From Rhizaria sp. SCN 62-66 (lineage: Eukaryota), in contig MEDY01000340.1 in the NCBI GenBank assembly GCA_001724265.1, positions 1-32,487 on the forward strand: a DNA stretch of 32,487 nucleotides, written 5' to 3'. A program made the translations under genes and the position numbers. The notes beneath the pieces are model-generated. The model was not told the DNA's origin and made no database searches. It saw only the letters and a list, made by a program, of their open reading frames with translations. Positions 18,062-28,466 of this stretch are shown here, piece after piece. Each line of letters starts with the position of its first letter. Position 1 is the first letter of the stretch.

Positions 18062-21000
18062 AGAAAGAGGAGAGAGGTGATCTGAAAAGTCGATTTGAGG
18101 CAGATGCCTCCGTGTTATTTGGAGCGTCCATCTCTCAATGGCCAGCGATGATGCTGTGAATGATTGATTCGATTCGAGTGAGGTGAGCATTGATTCCGTT
18201 CAACATAGAGATGTATCTTGCATATGTACCAACGCAACCATACGCATGTGGAGCCTATACGACTTTAAATTGTCCGAATCCATCTGCCCTGGCGTCACAC
18301 GAAAGTCCTTGGTCAGGCATGTTCGTCGCTATCAGTGAGGATGTGCCTTATATACAGCATGTCGGACGAGCTCACGATGTCTGTCCGCGTTTCTGTATTG
18401 TTTTAGCATTTCTATTCTTTCTTTCCCTGATTTAACATCTCCAACACGAATCTATATCGTGTCAAATGCAATTTCTGATCCTCGTATTGACGTTATTTCA
18501 TTTAAAGTCGTGCTTAATCACCTTATCATGGAAGGTTAATACAGTTTAAGCAAGTTTATGAGTTATATCAGAATGTTTTTGATCATATATTGCGTAATCA
18601 TTTGTGTATGACCTCATACTGACTGTAATATTTGCATTTTTCTACAAGTTAAAAAGCCTCGCCGGAAAAAATCTCAGCTATTTATAAGCTATAAAATTAA
18701 AATCTTGAACTTAATCGTCTTGGTAAGATTTATCAAAGAATTCCTTTATCTCATTTTCTGACAGTCACCATACACAGTTGTTGTTTTTTATTCTGTGATA
18801 TCTGTCATCAAACACACATCCCGACTTATCGTGGCATGTCCGACGATAAACGGGGGAAACACACCTCTACAGTCAGAGGGGCACTGAAGAGCAGCTTGGG
18901 ACCTGCTACATCATTTGATGCTTTGAGGACAAAAACCGAGTTCGAGGACGAACGTTTTAAGATTAAACACTATGTGATATATCGAATTAAGCAATATCTA
19001 CGTCTGTAGCGTGTCTAAACTAGTTCTGTCTATCGCAAAAACAACATGCAATGTTGCAGGCGCGTTTTCATTCATGGGATGCCAAAAAGCAATAACGTAC
19101 ACGCGTTAACATTGTTTTCATTTGTCTGTCTGTGTTTTACAAAATCTTATGCTTGGAATGAGACAATAAGACCTTGGTCGACACGAGTTCGTTTTAATAT
19201 CTTAATTGATTACAAAAGTAGTGTGTATTCTGACTGACTAAGCGCGGACAGCAAAGTCGACAATCGAGCTAAGCACAGCAGCATGTGATACAGAAGAGTG
19301 AGCGCAGCTTAGTTGGCAACCAACCATTTCCCCCTAACTTAAACCCTAAACCCAGCCAGTCAGTCAGTCAAAGAACCAGTCATGTGGTGTCCAAGGTCAC
19401 AAATCAAGTCAAGTCAAGTTATTGAATCGAGCTGAGTGTAATCCACAGAGAGTGTCCTGAAGTGCTGCCGAAACTAGAGCACTGTGGTATCATCAAACTG
19501 GGATTACGTCCATCAGATCAATCCAATAGTGTCAGAGACAGTGAGTGTGTGAATGTGTTGGTTGAGACTAAAACAAAGCAAGATATACAGAAACAGGAAC
19601 GGATACAGAAACGGATACAGAGCGGGCGGGGGCAGTGATCGCACTGAGCGTTGCAGAGCCCCCTGCGGCACGCAAAAGACTCACGGGATAAAACTAGGCA
19701 GACAAACAAAATATAAAAGAACTCTAAGTGAAAAAAATGAACAATGATATGAAAACACGAGAGATAAAAAGAACCAGAACAAAAGCAGGAAGGGGAAGAA
19801 AGAAAGAAAAACAAAAACATACACACGAGACAAGTTGGGAGGGGTTCCTGTTACGAACGAAATAAAACACGGCATGGCACGAAGCATGAAAACATCGATG
19901 CAAGTGTGTTGTTGACAGAATTGATAAAACGAAGGAAAACTAAACCAGCAAAGGAAACAGAGTTTTTTTAAACATAAAAAGGAACACAGGTGATGTAAAA
20001 ACCAGGAGTTTGAGTGTGTGTGTGTGTGAGTGATTGTGTGTGAACAACATTGTGTGTGAGGGGCGGGCGAGCAACAAACAGGACATCAGACTGACGGAAG
20101 CAGCTGAATTGCGAGTTGAATCAAAGGGGGAGTTGGTTGCATGTGCGTGTGGATGTGGATGCGGTGGCATTGTAGGGGATTGTTATTGTTGTTAAGCAAG
20201 ACGGGAGAAGTTACGATTAAAAGCCATGATTAAAACAACAAACGACGGTAGTGTGTGATTAAAGCGTGACATGTGAGTCTGTGAATTGGTGTCAGGAGCG
20301 TGGAGGGATGTCTGTGCATTGACACGACACAGAAAGTGTGAAATGTACGAAGAGTGTGATGTCGTGTTTACGCATGCAGCAGATGTGCACAGTGTGAATG
20401 AGAGAGAGAGTGTGTGTGTGTTACATTAGCGGACACTGCACAATGGCATAGCATACAAAACACTTCAAGAAACAACTGTGTGCGGGGCATACATACACGG
20501 GAAAAACACACGGACATATCACGCAATATAACACTTGTTGTTGTGGGAGAATAATGATGGGAGAGAAATGAAACGTTTAGGATCAAAGAGATTCGTAATA
20601 ATGAGGCAATAATCTGACAAAACTGAACACTGTGTGGTCAATTTGCGAGGGCCAATTACACTCACCCACCCCGTTTGTTACAAAACAAACCGAAGCGGGG
20701 GAAGGGAATGGAGGCAAATGACTGGTGACGTCGTCTGAAGCAGTGACAACTGCACAAGAAGTGCGGGTGTTGTTGCCAGAGCCAGAACCACCGAAACAGT
20801 GAGTGGCAAAGACGGACAATGACGCGATCGATGAAGACGCGGAGTGGTGAGAGAAACAGAGACAGCCGACAGACAGGGGAATGCAAAGGGGGATTCTCGA
20901 TGAGACCACAAAGAAAAAAGAAAAAAGTCGTCAAAAGGGGGATGTTGACGTTGCGACACGTTTAGAGACTCAAAACAATAGAAACAGGAGCAGCGAACAA

Positions 21001-21109
21001 ACATAAACGAAAAATCACAAGAGACACTGTCATGAAACAGCATTTCAAAGAAAAAGATAAAGAGGTAACAAAATAGCAGAAACGAGAAGAAGAAAAAAAC
21101 ACTGTTGAT

Positions 21110-22178
21110 TTACTCACTGCCGCCGAAAGCAGGTTGTGCCGGGACAGGGGTAACTCCAGCGTTTGAGCTGGCATTGCTGTCTCCCCGCCTCAGACCCCTG
21201 CGCTGGGGTGTCGGGGACAGCCGGTCAGCGCCAGACCCGCCGCCGCCGCCCACGGTCACACTCTGACTCTGGGGCTGACCGGTGGTGGGGGCGAGAGATA
21301 GACCCTGGATCTGCCGGCCCAGTGAGAACGAGAACCTCGGAGTGTCCTCCGTGCCATTGTTGTTGCTGCTATAAACACCATTACCACTGCCAACACCCTA
21401 GCCATTGATATTATTTGCATTTGCATTTGCGTTGTTGTTGTTATTAGGGTTTGAGTTGTTACTGTGCGAGTTTGAGCTTGCCCGGGGTGTCATCGTCAGC
21501 GGCGGCAGCATCGCAGGCGAGTTGCTGTGTTGCTGCAGCTGTACCTGCGCTGCCGAGGGAGCGGATGGATGCATTTCGACCAAGGACACGCCTGCGAGAC
21601 CGGCCAGCGGGAGCTTCGACCCCTTGGGCGACGGGGGGACTGACAGAGCAGTGCCACTGGCACTATTGTTACCAACAGTGGCGGCAGCGGCGGCAGAGGA
21701 AGTGAGGGGGATTTGCCCGTTCGTGGTCATACTGCGGCGAAACTGCGGAGTCGAGCTTCCTTGTTGCTGCTGTTGAGGCTGTGGCTGCGGTCCGGGGCCA
21801 CTGGTCGCGGTAAGGGAGACTGTGAGCCCTGATCCAGGGATGCCACCAACTGAGGGGTTGCTGTTGTTGGAGGCTCCGTGCGAGGGTGATTTGTGGCCAG
21901 AACCTGTGGGACGGGTGCGGGACGCGAGCGTGCTGTCCACGGTCAAGGCTGAGCTTGATCCGGCACGGTGTAGTGGAGCCTGTTGGCCTAGCTGCAACTG
22001 CTGCTGCTGTTGTTGTTGTTGTTGTTGCTGTTGTTGATAGTCGCCGCCGGCGGTCGGGCCGAGTGAGAAACCCGACGGCTGCTGCTGTTGCTGCATCTGC
22101 TGCATTTGTTGCTGCTGCATGTACTGTTGCTGCTGAGCGTGCGACGGTGACGCCGATGCTCCTAGCCCAGGGCTAAAA

Positions 22179-22216
<38 letters not shown>

Positions 22217-25200
22217 CTGCATCGCGAGTGAGACTGAGAGCCGCCCCTGGGACGACTGGCGCTGATGGTGCCCCTGCCCCTGCCCTTGGTACTGCTGCTG
22301 CTGTTGTTGATACTGCTGCTGCTGATGCTGCTGGAACTGGTTACTCGAGGACATGGCCGCTGCCGAGAGGATCGCGTCCCGGCCCCGGCGCGGGGACGGC
22401 GCTGACGGAACCATACTTCCCCCACCACCGTTAGTAGCATTAACACTCACATTATAGCCGGTATTGGGGTTGCCATTGAGGTTGTTGTTTGTGCTCACGT
22501 TCATGTTTGGACTGCTGCCCGAGGGGCCCAGCGGCGGAGACGGCATATGCGGCGACGGCGACGGGGACCTCTGCATCGTATTCACACCACCCACATTGCC
22601 ACTTCCAGTCAAACCACCGCCGACCAGAGGGGCGTTGTTGGCGCCAGTGCGGACCGACCGGGAGGAGTTGCTGATGACCGAGGGGGCACGTCCCTGTCCC
22701 TGCGCGGGCACGTACAGACGCATCCCATCGCGCGTGAGGCCAGACATCGCGTCCCCGGCCAGTGAGCCGCCGCCGTGCTGAGACCCTGCGGCGGAGCTGG
22801 TCGGCGAGTGCATGACCGAGGGAGCGGGGGAGTAGACCGACGCCGCCGGTGATCCGACAGGGGAGTAGTCGTACGCCGACGCGAGAGCTGAGCAGCGGAG
22901 CATGTTGGCACGCGTGGAGCCCAAGGCCTTGAACAACACGTGTTCTTGGGACACCTGCGCGCCTTCCAGCGACGGCTCGCGGGCGCGGCGGGAGGTTTCG
23001 AGACCGGCATCGTAGGCCGCCGCCGAGAGAGGCATCTGCTGCTGCTGGCCTTGCCCATACTGTTGTTGCTGCTGCTGACCGTAATACTGCCCACCACCGT
23101 AGTTCGTAGCGCCGGTTGCAGTGTCGACGTCTCCCAGCGCAGCGTAGTCAAACTCGTAGAAAAGCGGCTGCAGCTTGGGCGGCATCAACGGCGCCGGGGC
23201 ATCGTCATCCTCGCCACCCCCACCCTGCTGTTGCTGCTGCTGGGCCTGGGCCTGAGCTTGTTGGGCGGCGGCGATGGCGGCGGGGGAGCCTGGGGGGTGG
23301 GCGTTGATCGCGGCCTGCGCCTGCGCCTGCTGCTGCTGCTGCTGCTGGGAGGGGGGTGCGACGTACCTGTAGTTCTTGAACCCCTTCTGCGACGTGGGGA
23401 GGTTGGGGAAACACTTGTTCATGTACGCCGCGCGCTCGGCTTGCGGAATGGGCGGGAAAGGGGCCGGGCCACGGCGGTGTTCAATGGCCTCCCAGTCCAA
23501 CGACGCGAACCAGGGGTGGGATTTGACGGCGTTCCAGTGGAAATTGGTGTCGCTGTCGATCTCGTCCAGAGTGCGGGCAGCCCAGCCGTCCTTTTGCTTC
23601 AGACCGGGGGGACCGGAGGTGGCCGTGGGGGCCGGTGACGGGGACGGCTGAGCGCCGGGCCCCGGGGACGCCGCTGGAGAGCGCAGAGAGCCGCCGCCCC
23701 CCGCCCCGTTGTTAGGGACGCCAGGAACGGCGAAACGCGGGGAATCGACCGACATCACACCGTTATTGCCGTTGTTGCCGCCGAGGCCGGTTTGAGAGCC
23801 AGCGATGGAGTAGGCGTTGTTGGATGCGTTGCTGTTTGAGCGCGGACCAAGCTGCCTCACCTGGCCCTGCTGCTGCTGCTGCGACTGTGAGAGGCTCAGA
23901 GGAATCGACGCCTGGGGCAAGTGTAAGTGCCGCGTGCGGGGGCCGGGCGGGGTGTAGGTGATCACACCGTCCCCGTCCAAGTTCGCCGGCCAGTCTGTGT
24001 GACGGAAAAACTGGTGTGAGTAAGGGAAGTCGCTCAATAGTGTCGAGGCAGGGACACACGCGCCGGGCACCGGGAGCAGTTTACCCGCCTCGTCAGTATC
24101 GCCCGGCTGCGGCAGGTCGTGGAAGGGTAAGTGCCAGCCCTAAGTAGCCGCCTGGAGGAGTTGGCTGCGGTGGGCATCGAGGAGAGTGAACTGGCCGGGG
24201 TAGTGGGCTGCGGTGCCGAAGACGCCGCGGCTCGGGCTCGGGGTGCTCGGGACGACTTCCACGGTGATGGGCCCAGCTGCAGTGGTCGTAGTAACCAGTG
24301 TATGTGCCAACACGACCCCGGCGGCGGCGGCGGCGAGCGCGGCTGCCTGATCCAGATCCTCCAGTGAGTCCACCTCCGGCACAGTGAGCGAGCGCCCCTT
24401 CCGGACAAGCTCGGCACAGGCCTCACATCGGCATCCGGCGCAAGCGGGGCAGCCGCAGGGCACGGCGACCGGGATGGCGCGCGGGGCCAGGACCGCATGA
24501 GGCCCAGCGGCGGTGGCCACGGCGGCGAGGTTGTCGTTCATCGGGGCGGTACACGCAACCTGGTAGACGGGGACAGCGGAGAAACCCTCGAGGTTCAGAG
24601 CGCGGGCGGCGCGTTGAACGGCTTGCTGCGCTGAGGAGGCCGGCCCGGCGACGGCAGCAGGGATGGAGCGGTCGCTGCCGGCGCCGGCGCCGAGCGCGGC
24701 GGGGAAAGTGGGGGAGACCTGCTGCAGAGGAACATCGGTCGCCGGGTGGATGTGGTATATCTGGGCCATGCCGGGCACGTTCCCGTACCCGCGCACGTGG
24801 CCGTGGCCGATCCAGTGGCCCTCATCGGCGACAGCGACGGGGACCTTGACCGCGGTGAAGGTGTGGGGGAGAGCGCGGTCTAAGTGCGGGGGCAGGCCGA
24901 CGGAGAAGGCGGGCGGCCCCTGATAGTACTGCTGCTGCTGCTGCTGTTGCTGCATATGCTGCTGGTATTGGCCGTTGTTGATGTTGTTGTTGTGACAAGG
25001 GCAGGCGCATGAGCCCATCAAGTCAGGCCCGGGGCTGCGGGCGCCATCATCATCGCACGACCACAACATACGCTGCTGCTGCTGCTGCTGCTGACCGTTG
25101 GCTGTGACGCCGCTGCCGCCACGGCGAGGAGACGGCTGGGCCGCGATGTTGCTGTTGTTGTGGCCGCCGTGGAGACTCTGGGCGTGACCGGTGTTGCTGC

Positions 25201-26999
25201 CGGTGAAGTTGCCGTTGTTGCCGTTGGCGCCGAGGCCGAGAGCTGGGTCCTCCTCCTGAGTGGTGTGCGCGAGCCCGGGGGTCATCGAGGCACGCAGGGG
25301 AGGCCCGCCCGTGACAGAGCCAGACCCAGTGACGCCGAGACCGCTGAGGCCGCCGCCAGGAGTGTAGGGCGTGGCGAAACCACTGTTGGCGTAGCCGCCG
25401 CCGCTGTTGTTATGCCCCCCAGTGCAGCCACAGCTGCGGCACACGCCACCGGCTGTGGTAACCCCCAGATCAACCATGCCGGAAAACCCGCTGTTGGTGA
25501 GAGGTGGGTACACGCGGGGCGGGGCTGGGGCAGTGAAGTCGTTGTGGGGCAGACCGAGACGAACGCAGCGTTCAACCATGCGCATGCAGCTGAGTTCGCA
25601 GCCCAACCGGTCACAGGGGTTGGGTAAGGTGAGCCGCCGGATGAGGTCTTTGAATTCGCGGCTGAGGCGTGCGTTGGTTTTGAGGTCGTTGGGCGTGTTG
25701 GGGACGCCGGGGTGCAGGGACTGGGCCTTGCGGCGGCCGGTCACCATCTCGTACAGGGTTATTCCAAGGGAGTAAAAGTCGCAGGAGAAATCGTAGGCGT
25801 GGCCCGCGGCGGCTTCAGGAGACCGGTAGCCGCGGGTGCCGCCGCGGCCGACGATCGAGTAATGGTGGTCCTCCTCCAGCGGGCGGCAGAGGCCGTAATC
25901 GGTGACGGCGATGTGCCCGTCAGCGTCGATGAGCAGGTTGAGCGGCTTGATATCACGGTAAACGTAGAAGAGAGAGTGGATATGCTCCATCGCGAGGATG
26001 ATCTCGGCCGCACACAGCCGCACGATGTCCTCGGAGAGCCGTTGGGACGCCATGAGAGCCGAGTGGACATCGCCGCCGGTGTAGCAGGGCATGACGAGGA
26101 TGAGCTCTTCGCGTGTCTGGAAGGCGTGGAGGAGACGGACGACGTAGGGGGAGTGGGAGGCAACCATGACGGCACGTTCCATCCACAGCATCTATTGCAA
26201 CACAGCAGCAAAAGCAAGAGCAACAGCGCAAAAAGCAAAGCGAAAGAGAGAGAGGGGAGCAGAGGAGAAAGTTGAAGAAAGGTGAGGTTGGCAGAGGCGG
26301 ACATTCGGGATACAGCCAGAAAGGGTTTTTTGGGGAGAGGAAGAGAGTATAAGAGATAGAAATAAGTTGTTTTGTTTGCAAGCAAAGGTGACGTACGAGA
26401 GCGGAGGTTTTATCGGCCTCACAGATCGAGCGCTCGGCGAGTTGGGCATCGGTTAACCCTTCAGGTCCCTGTTGTGCCCGGTCAAGACCGAGCAAGCGTG
26501 CCTTGTTGATGCGCTTGACGGCAACGAGAGAGGAGAAATCGGGAACGCCCTTAGACTTTTCGCTAAGGCGGAGAGCGGCCTGGACGCGACCAAAGCCGCC
26601 GCGGCCGAGGGTCTGGGACGGGGGAAAAAGGGGAAAGGAAGCGGGAATGGAGCGGTGACAAGGGAAAGCATGTGCGGTAAGAATGGGACATAGAAAATGA
26701 CGAAAAGAGTCATGAAAAACAAAAGAGGAGAAAATCTGGCCGGGCTAATAAGGTATATGCGTAGTCTAAGTATCTGGTTATGGCATATTCGTCGAATAAG
26801 GAAGGGATCAAAGGCAAGAAAAGCCTTGTTTAGGTGGTGTGGAGGTGCTATGAACCACTAGTTAGTTTAGCTTCGATCACAGCACTCACAAACATCGAAA
26901 GGGACGGGAGTAAACCGGCAGTAAAGAAAAGTAACGTACCTTTCCGAGAAGGAAAGAGTCCAGGGAGATCTCCTGTGGTTGTGAAGCGCACAACCCCAT
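21110..26999 (-). CDS. AGC-group Ser/Thr kinase with N-myristoylation motif, ~1785 codons including two in-frame TAGs; exons 26999-26940, 26612-26397, 26191-21110
   Basis: Exon 1 MGLCASQPQEISLDSFLLGK; exon 2 TLGRGGFGRV...VAVKRI; exon 3 YRDIKPLN, DYG, GTRGYRSPE, DFYSLG, DRLGC. After the first TAG come WNAVKSHPWFASLDWEAIEHRRGPAPFPP and the hydrophobic motif FYEFDY. ORF-track pieces 24140-26191 and 21398-24070 are in the same frame, separated by one TAG. The frame continues 95 codons past the second TAG to TAA at 21112-21110. Confidence 0.88.
21980..22335 (-). repeat. Clustered CAG/CAA trinucleotide runs encoding polyglutamine tracts in the AGC kinase tail
   Basis: Several (ctg/ttg)n runs on the + strand, in frame as Q tracts on the - strand. 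Confidence 0.85.
26192..26396 (-). other. Intron 2 of the AGC kinase (205 nt, phase 0)
   Basis: CTC|GTACGT donor, pyrimidine-rich body, GCAATAG| acceptor. Joins the 72-codon exon 2 to MLWMERAVM (helix C region). Confidence 0.88.
26613..26939 (-). other. Intron 1 of the AGC kinase (327 nt, phase 0)
   Basis: AAG|GTACGT donor and long pyrimidine tract ending GTCCCAG|. Splicing gives FLLGK-TLGRGGFG, the expected lead-in to the glycine-rich loop. Confidence 0.88.
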
Positions 27000-28466
27000 T
27001 AGCGTAGCGGTGCAATCGCAAGAAAGAACGCAGAGGCCACTCGAGTATACAAGTCGGGGTACGTCGAACGAAAAAAGAAGAGGGCTACGCAAAGAAAGCA
27101 AATGGGGATTCAAATTCCAAAGAATAATAGTTAGAAGGAACTAAATTGCAAGTCCTTTTAACCTGTTTGCCGTATTGACGGACAATCTGAACGTAAATGG
27201 AGGCAGAATGCAAAATTGGCCGAACGACGACTCCTCAGTCTCGATCGAATCGGCCCTCGCTCTCATCGGTAAGACGAGCCACGGAGTAATCCTTCTAGTG
27301 CGCAATCGACGTGTGTGGTGAACCTGGTAATTGATCCCATTTGAGCACGTTAAACTTTGTAGATTTGAATATTATTTCCAAGTATGCATAAAATGATGTG
27401 CATAGTTTGTTTGAGTGGTAGTGTTTAACAGCTGAAGCGTTGTATTGGAGATTGTTTTTAAAGAGGGGGTGGGGGACTAGACAAAGGCACTCTGTTGTCA
27501 GTCAGCCCCGTCACACAGCACCACAACGACTCGGATTCTGACTGAATCTAAAGTGGAGGGGAGAAGGGGACAAATGACGAACAAACAGCAGAGCGCAGGC
27601 AGGGTTAATGCTTCCTCTACACACGAGATATGCATTTCGGAAACGGTAACGCAAGAGAAACGACCAAGAAAGGAAGCCGTAACATGACACACAGTCGAGA
27701 GAGATGAAGAAGAAGAAAAAGAAAGAAAAAAGATGCACAAAGTGACGCGCAATGACAGCAGCGGGCGGGCGGCGGGGAGCAGTGTGGCTCAGCAGCAGCA
27801 GCAACACAGCAGAACACTGCAACGCACAGCAGACACACGCACACGCATCATACAGAGACATGTTATTGAGCACTATATACACACAGGTAGGGACACACTG
27901 AGGGTGAGTCATAGACGAGACTGTTAAGTGTTTCAAGTGAAGACATTGGAACTTGTAATTGTTGTTGTTGTTCGTTACATATTGGGGGTGTACAGAGTTT
28001 TTGCTCTCTTCTTGTCTTGTTTACGTAATTCTGACTTTGTTGTTTGTTCGATACTGAAATGTGGAATTATTCGAAATATGTTCATATTTTTCCTCGCGCT
28101 TGAGCTCCTCGAACACGCTATCATCTTTCACTTCGTCTTTTCTAATTCTCATATACATACACAAATCAACGCAGCACTCATTTGCAATACTCATCACTCA
28201 CACGCGCTCCACTCAACAGTCACGAACCATGTGTTAAGATAACACCCCGTGACAACAACAACTGAGAGAGAGAGAACGTAAAGTGATCGAGAGCAATGGT
28301 GGAATAATGGATGAAAGAAACAGATATTCCGCGCAGCGCAACAATCATGTAACTGAATACGCGAAATGAAGCTCAATAATTTAGTCTTAAGCTCTCATAA
28401 CAACGCAATCAATGACACGAAAGCGGCTGCAGCGGCGTCCACGTTCGCGTACAAACTGCTGCAGAC

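Noticed and set aside
19331-19353. Telomere-like CCCTAA/AAACCCTAAACCC
   Set aside because: Fewer than three degenerate units, lying among other short simple repeats; not a telomeric array.
19500-21100. Hydrophobic short ORFs and TG/CA runs downstream of the AGC kinase (similar ones at 27500-28400 and 30000-30900)
   Set aside because: T-rich 3'UTR-like simple sequence that yields Phe/Leu/Cys-rich pseudo-ORFs; not genes and not a CRISPR array.
21398-24070. ORF-track 890-aa ORF as an independent gene
   Set aside because: It starts at GTG with no leader or promoter-like gap, is in frame with the upstream kinase ORF and contains the kinase's terminal helix and AGC tail.
24034-24498. Overlapping minus-strand ORF suggesting a frameshift bypass of the TAG
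   Set aside because: The flanking ORFs are already in the same frame, so a bypass would need two compensating shifts. No slippery site seen, and the translation looks like a GC-rich shadow frame.
24140-24800. First in-frame TAG as a 3' splice site (TAG|G) that removes the stop
   Set aside because: No pyrimidine tract like those in the three real introns. The nearest donor-like sites upstream (GTACGG near 24788, GTGAGG near 24426) are in phase 2 and phase 1 and would frameshift. A 12-nt GC...AG micro-intron is implausibly short. Not fully excluded without cDNA.
23537-25600. Kinase insertion as an intein
   Set aside because: There is a Cys at the upstream boundary, but no His-Asn followed by Cys/Ser/Thr at the downstream end and no recognisable Hint or LAGLIDADG blocks.
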